Positions 36,342 through 36,537 of a stretch of 36,537 bases of DNA are shown one piece after another. The position numbers were made by a program, and so were the translations under genes. This DNA is from a virus (taxonomy: Duplodnaviria; Caudoviricetes): IMG/VR virus record IMGVR_UViG_3300030095_002804, positions 1 through 36,537 of that record; one strand, 5' to 3'. Position 1 is the stretch's first letter. Each line of letters begins with the position of its first letter. Below the pieces are notes generated by a model, which was not told where the DNA came from, made no database searches, and saw only the letters and a list, made by a program, of their open reading frames with translations.

Positions 36342-36537
36342 CGTTCATTGTCTTTTATCATATCATCGATAGACTTATTCATGACCTTATCGGTGTATGA
36401 CTTGTTATTAAAAAACACACTCTTTTCTGATGTAGGTATATCTTCCTCTCCTAATAATATTCGATATATTCTACTAATTAAGTGTGAGCATTTAAAAGAG
36501 GTTTTGAATACAGAGTATTTGATGGTTGTTCTATTTC
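36338..36537 (-). CDS. Partial hypothetical protein (5' end outside window)
   Basis: Open frame ...NRTTIKYSVFKTSFKCSHLISRIYRILLGEEDIP...DDMIKDNER*. Its TGA overlaps the holin ATG (ATGA). Confidence 0.75.
   Translation of the reverse strand, partial: NRTTIKYSVFKTSFKCSHLISRIYRILLGEEDIPTSEKSVFFNNKSYTDKVMNKSIDDMIKDNER

Noticed and set aside
467-36372. Numerous plus-strand ORFs and short nested minus-strand ORFs in the ORF track
   Set aside because: They lie antisense to, or out of frame within, long coherent genes. Their Ser/Leu/Phe-rich shadow composition has no recognisable motifs.
1-36537. Stop-codon reassignment as in some crAss-like phages; also tRNAs, CRISPR arrays, introns/inteins, integrase or DGR elements
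   Set aside because: Genes tile the window densely in code 11, and TerL, portal and MCP appear uninterrupted. No intergenic gap is large enough for an array, I saw no cloverleaf, and I noticed no reverse transcriptase or near-identical template/variable repeat pair.

Overview
This is an AT-rich segment of a tailed (probably podovirus-like) dsDNA phage. Every credible gene is on the minus strand, in standard code 11. In transcription order (right to left) it encodes: a partial conserved ORF, a putative holin, two tandem [small protein + partner protein] cassettes, two small ORFs, a GroES-like protein, a putative small terminase, TerL, portal, scaffold-like protein, major capsid protein, head/neck/tail ring proteins, a 2885-aa tail stabilisation-type protein with Cys-rich GCxD repeats, tail accessories, and three probable ejection (cargo) proteins. 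The last cargo gene is a giant ORF of at least 2395 codons (7185 to beyond base 1) that is missing from the supplied ORF track. The gene order and the SD-less, AT-rich starts suggest a Bacteroidota (flavobacterial) phage with crAss-like organisation (inference). Two observations stand out. (1) There is a textbook-like -1 frameshift signal at codon 46-47 of the giant gene: a G_GGA_AAU heptamer, a 6-nt spacer and an H-type pseudoknot, opening a start-less 46-codon Cys/aromatic transframe ORF. (2) The giant protein looks like a polyprotein with hydrophobic segments, an HExxH zincin domain, a sigma70 region-2-like domain and a PD-(D/E)xK-like domain. A repeated intergenic motif (ATGTAACTATA) could be a cognate promoter. 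All protein calls come from motif reading and synteny, not from database searches.
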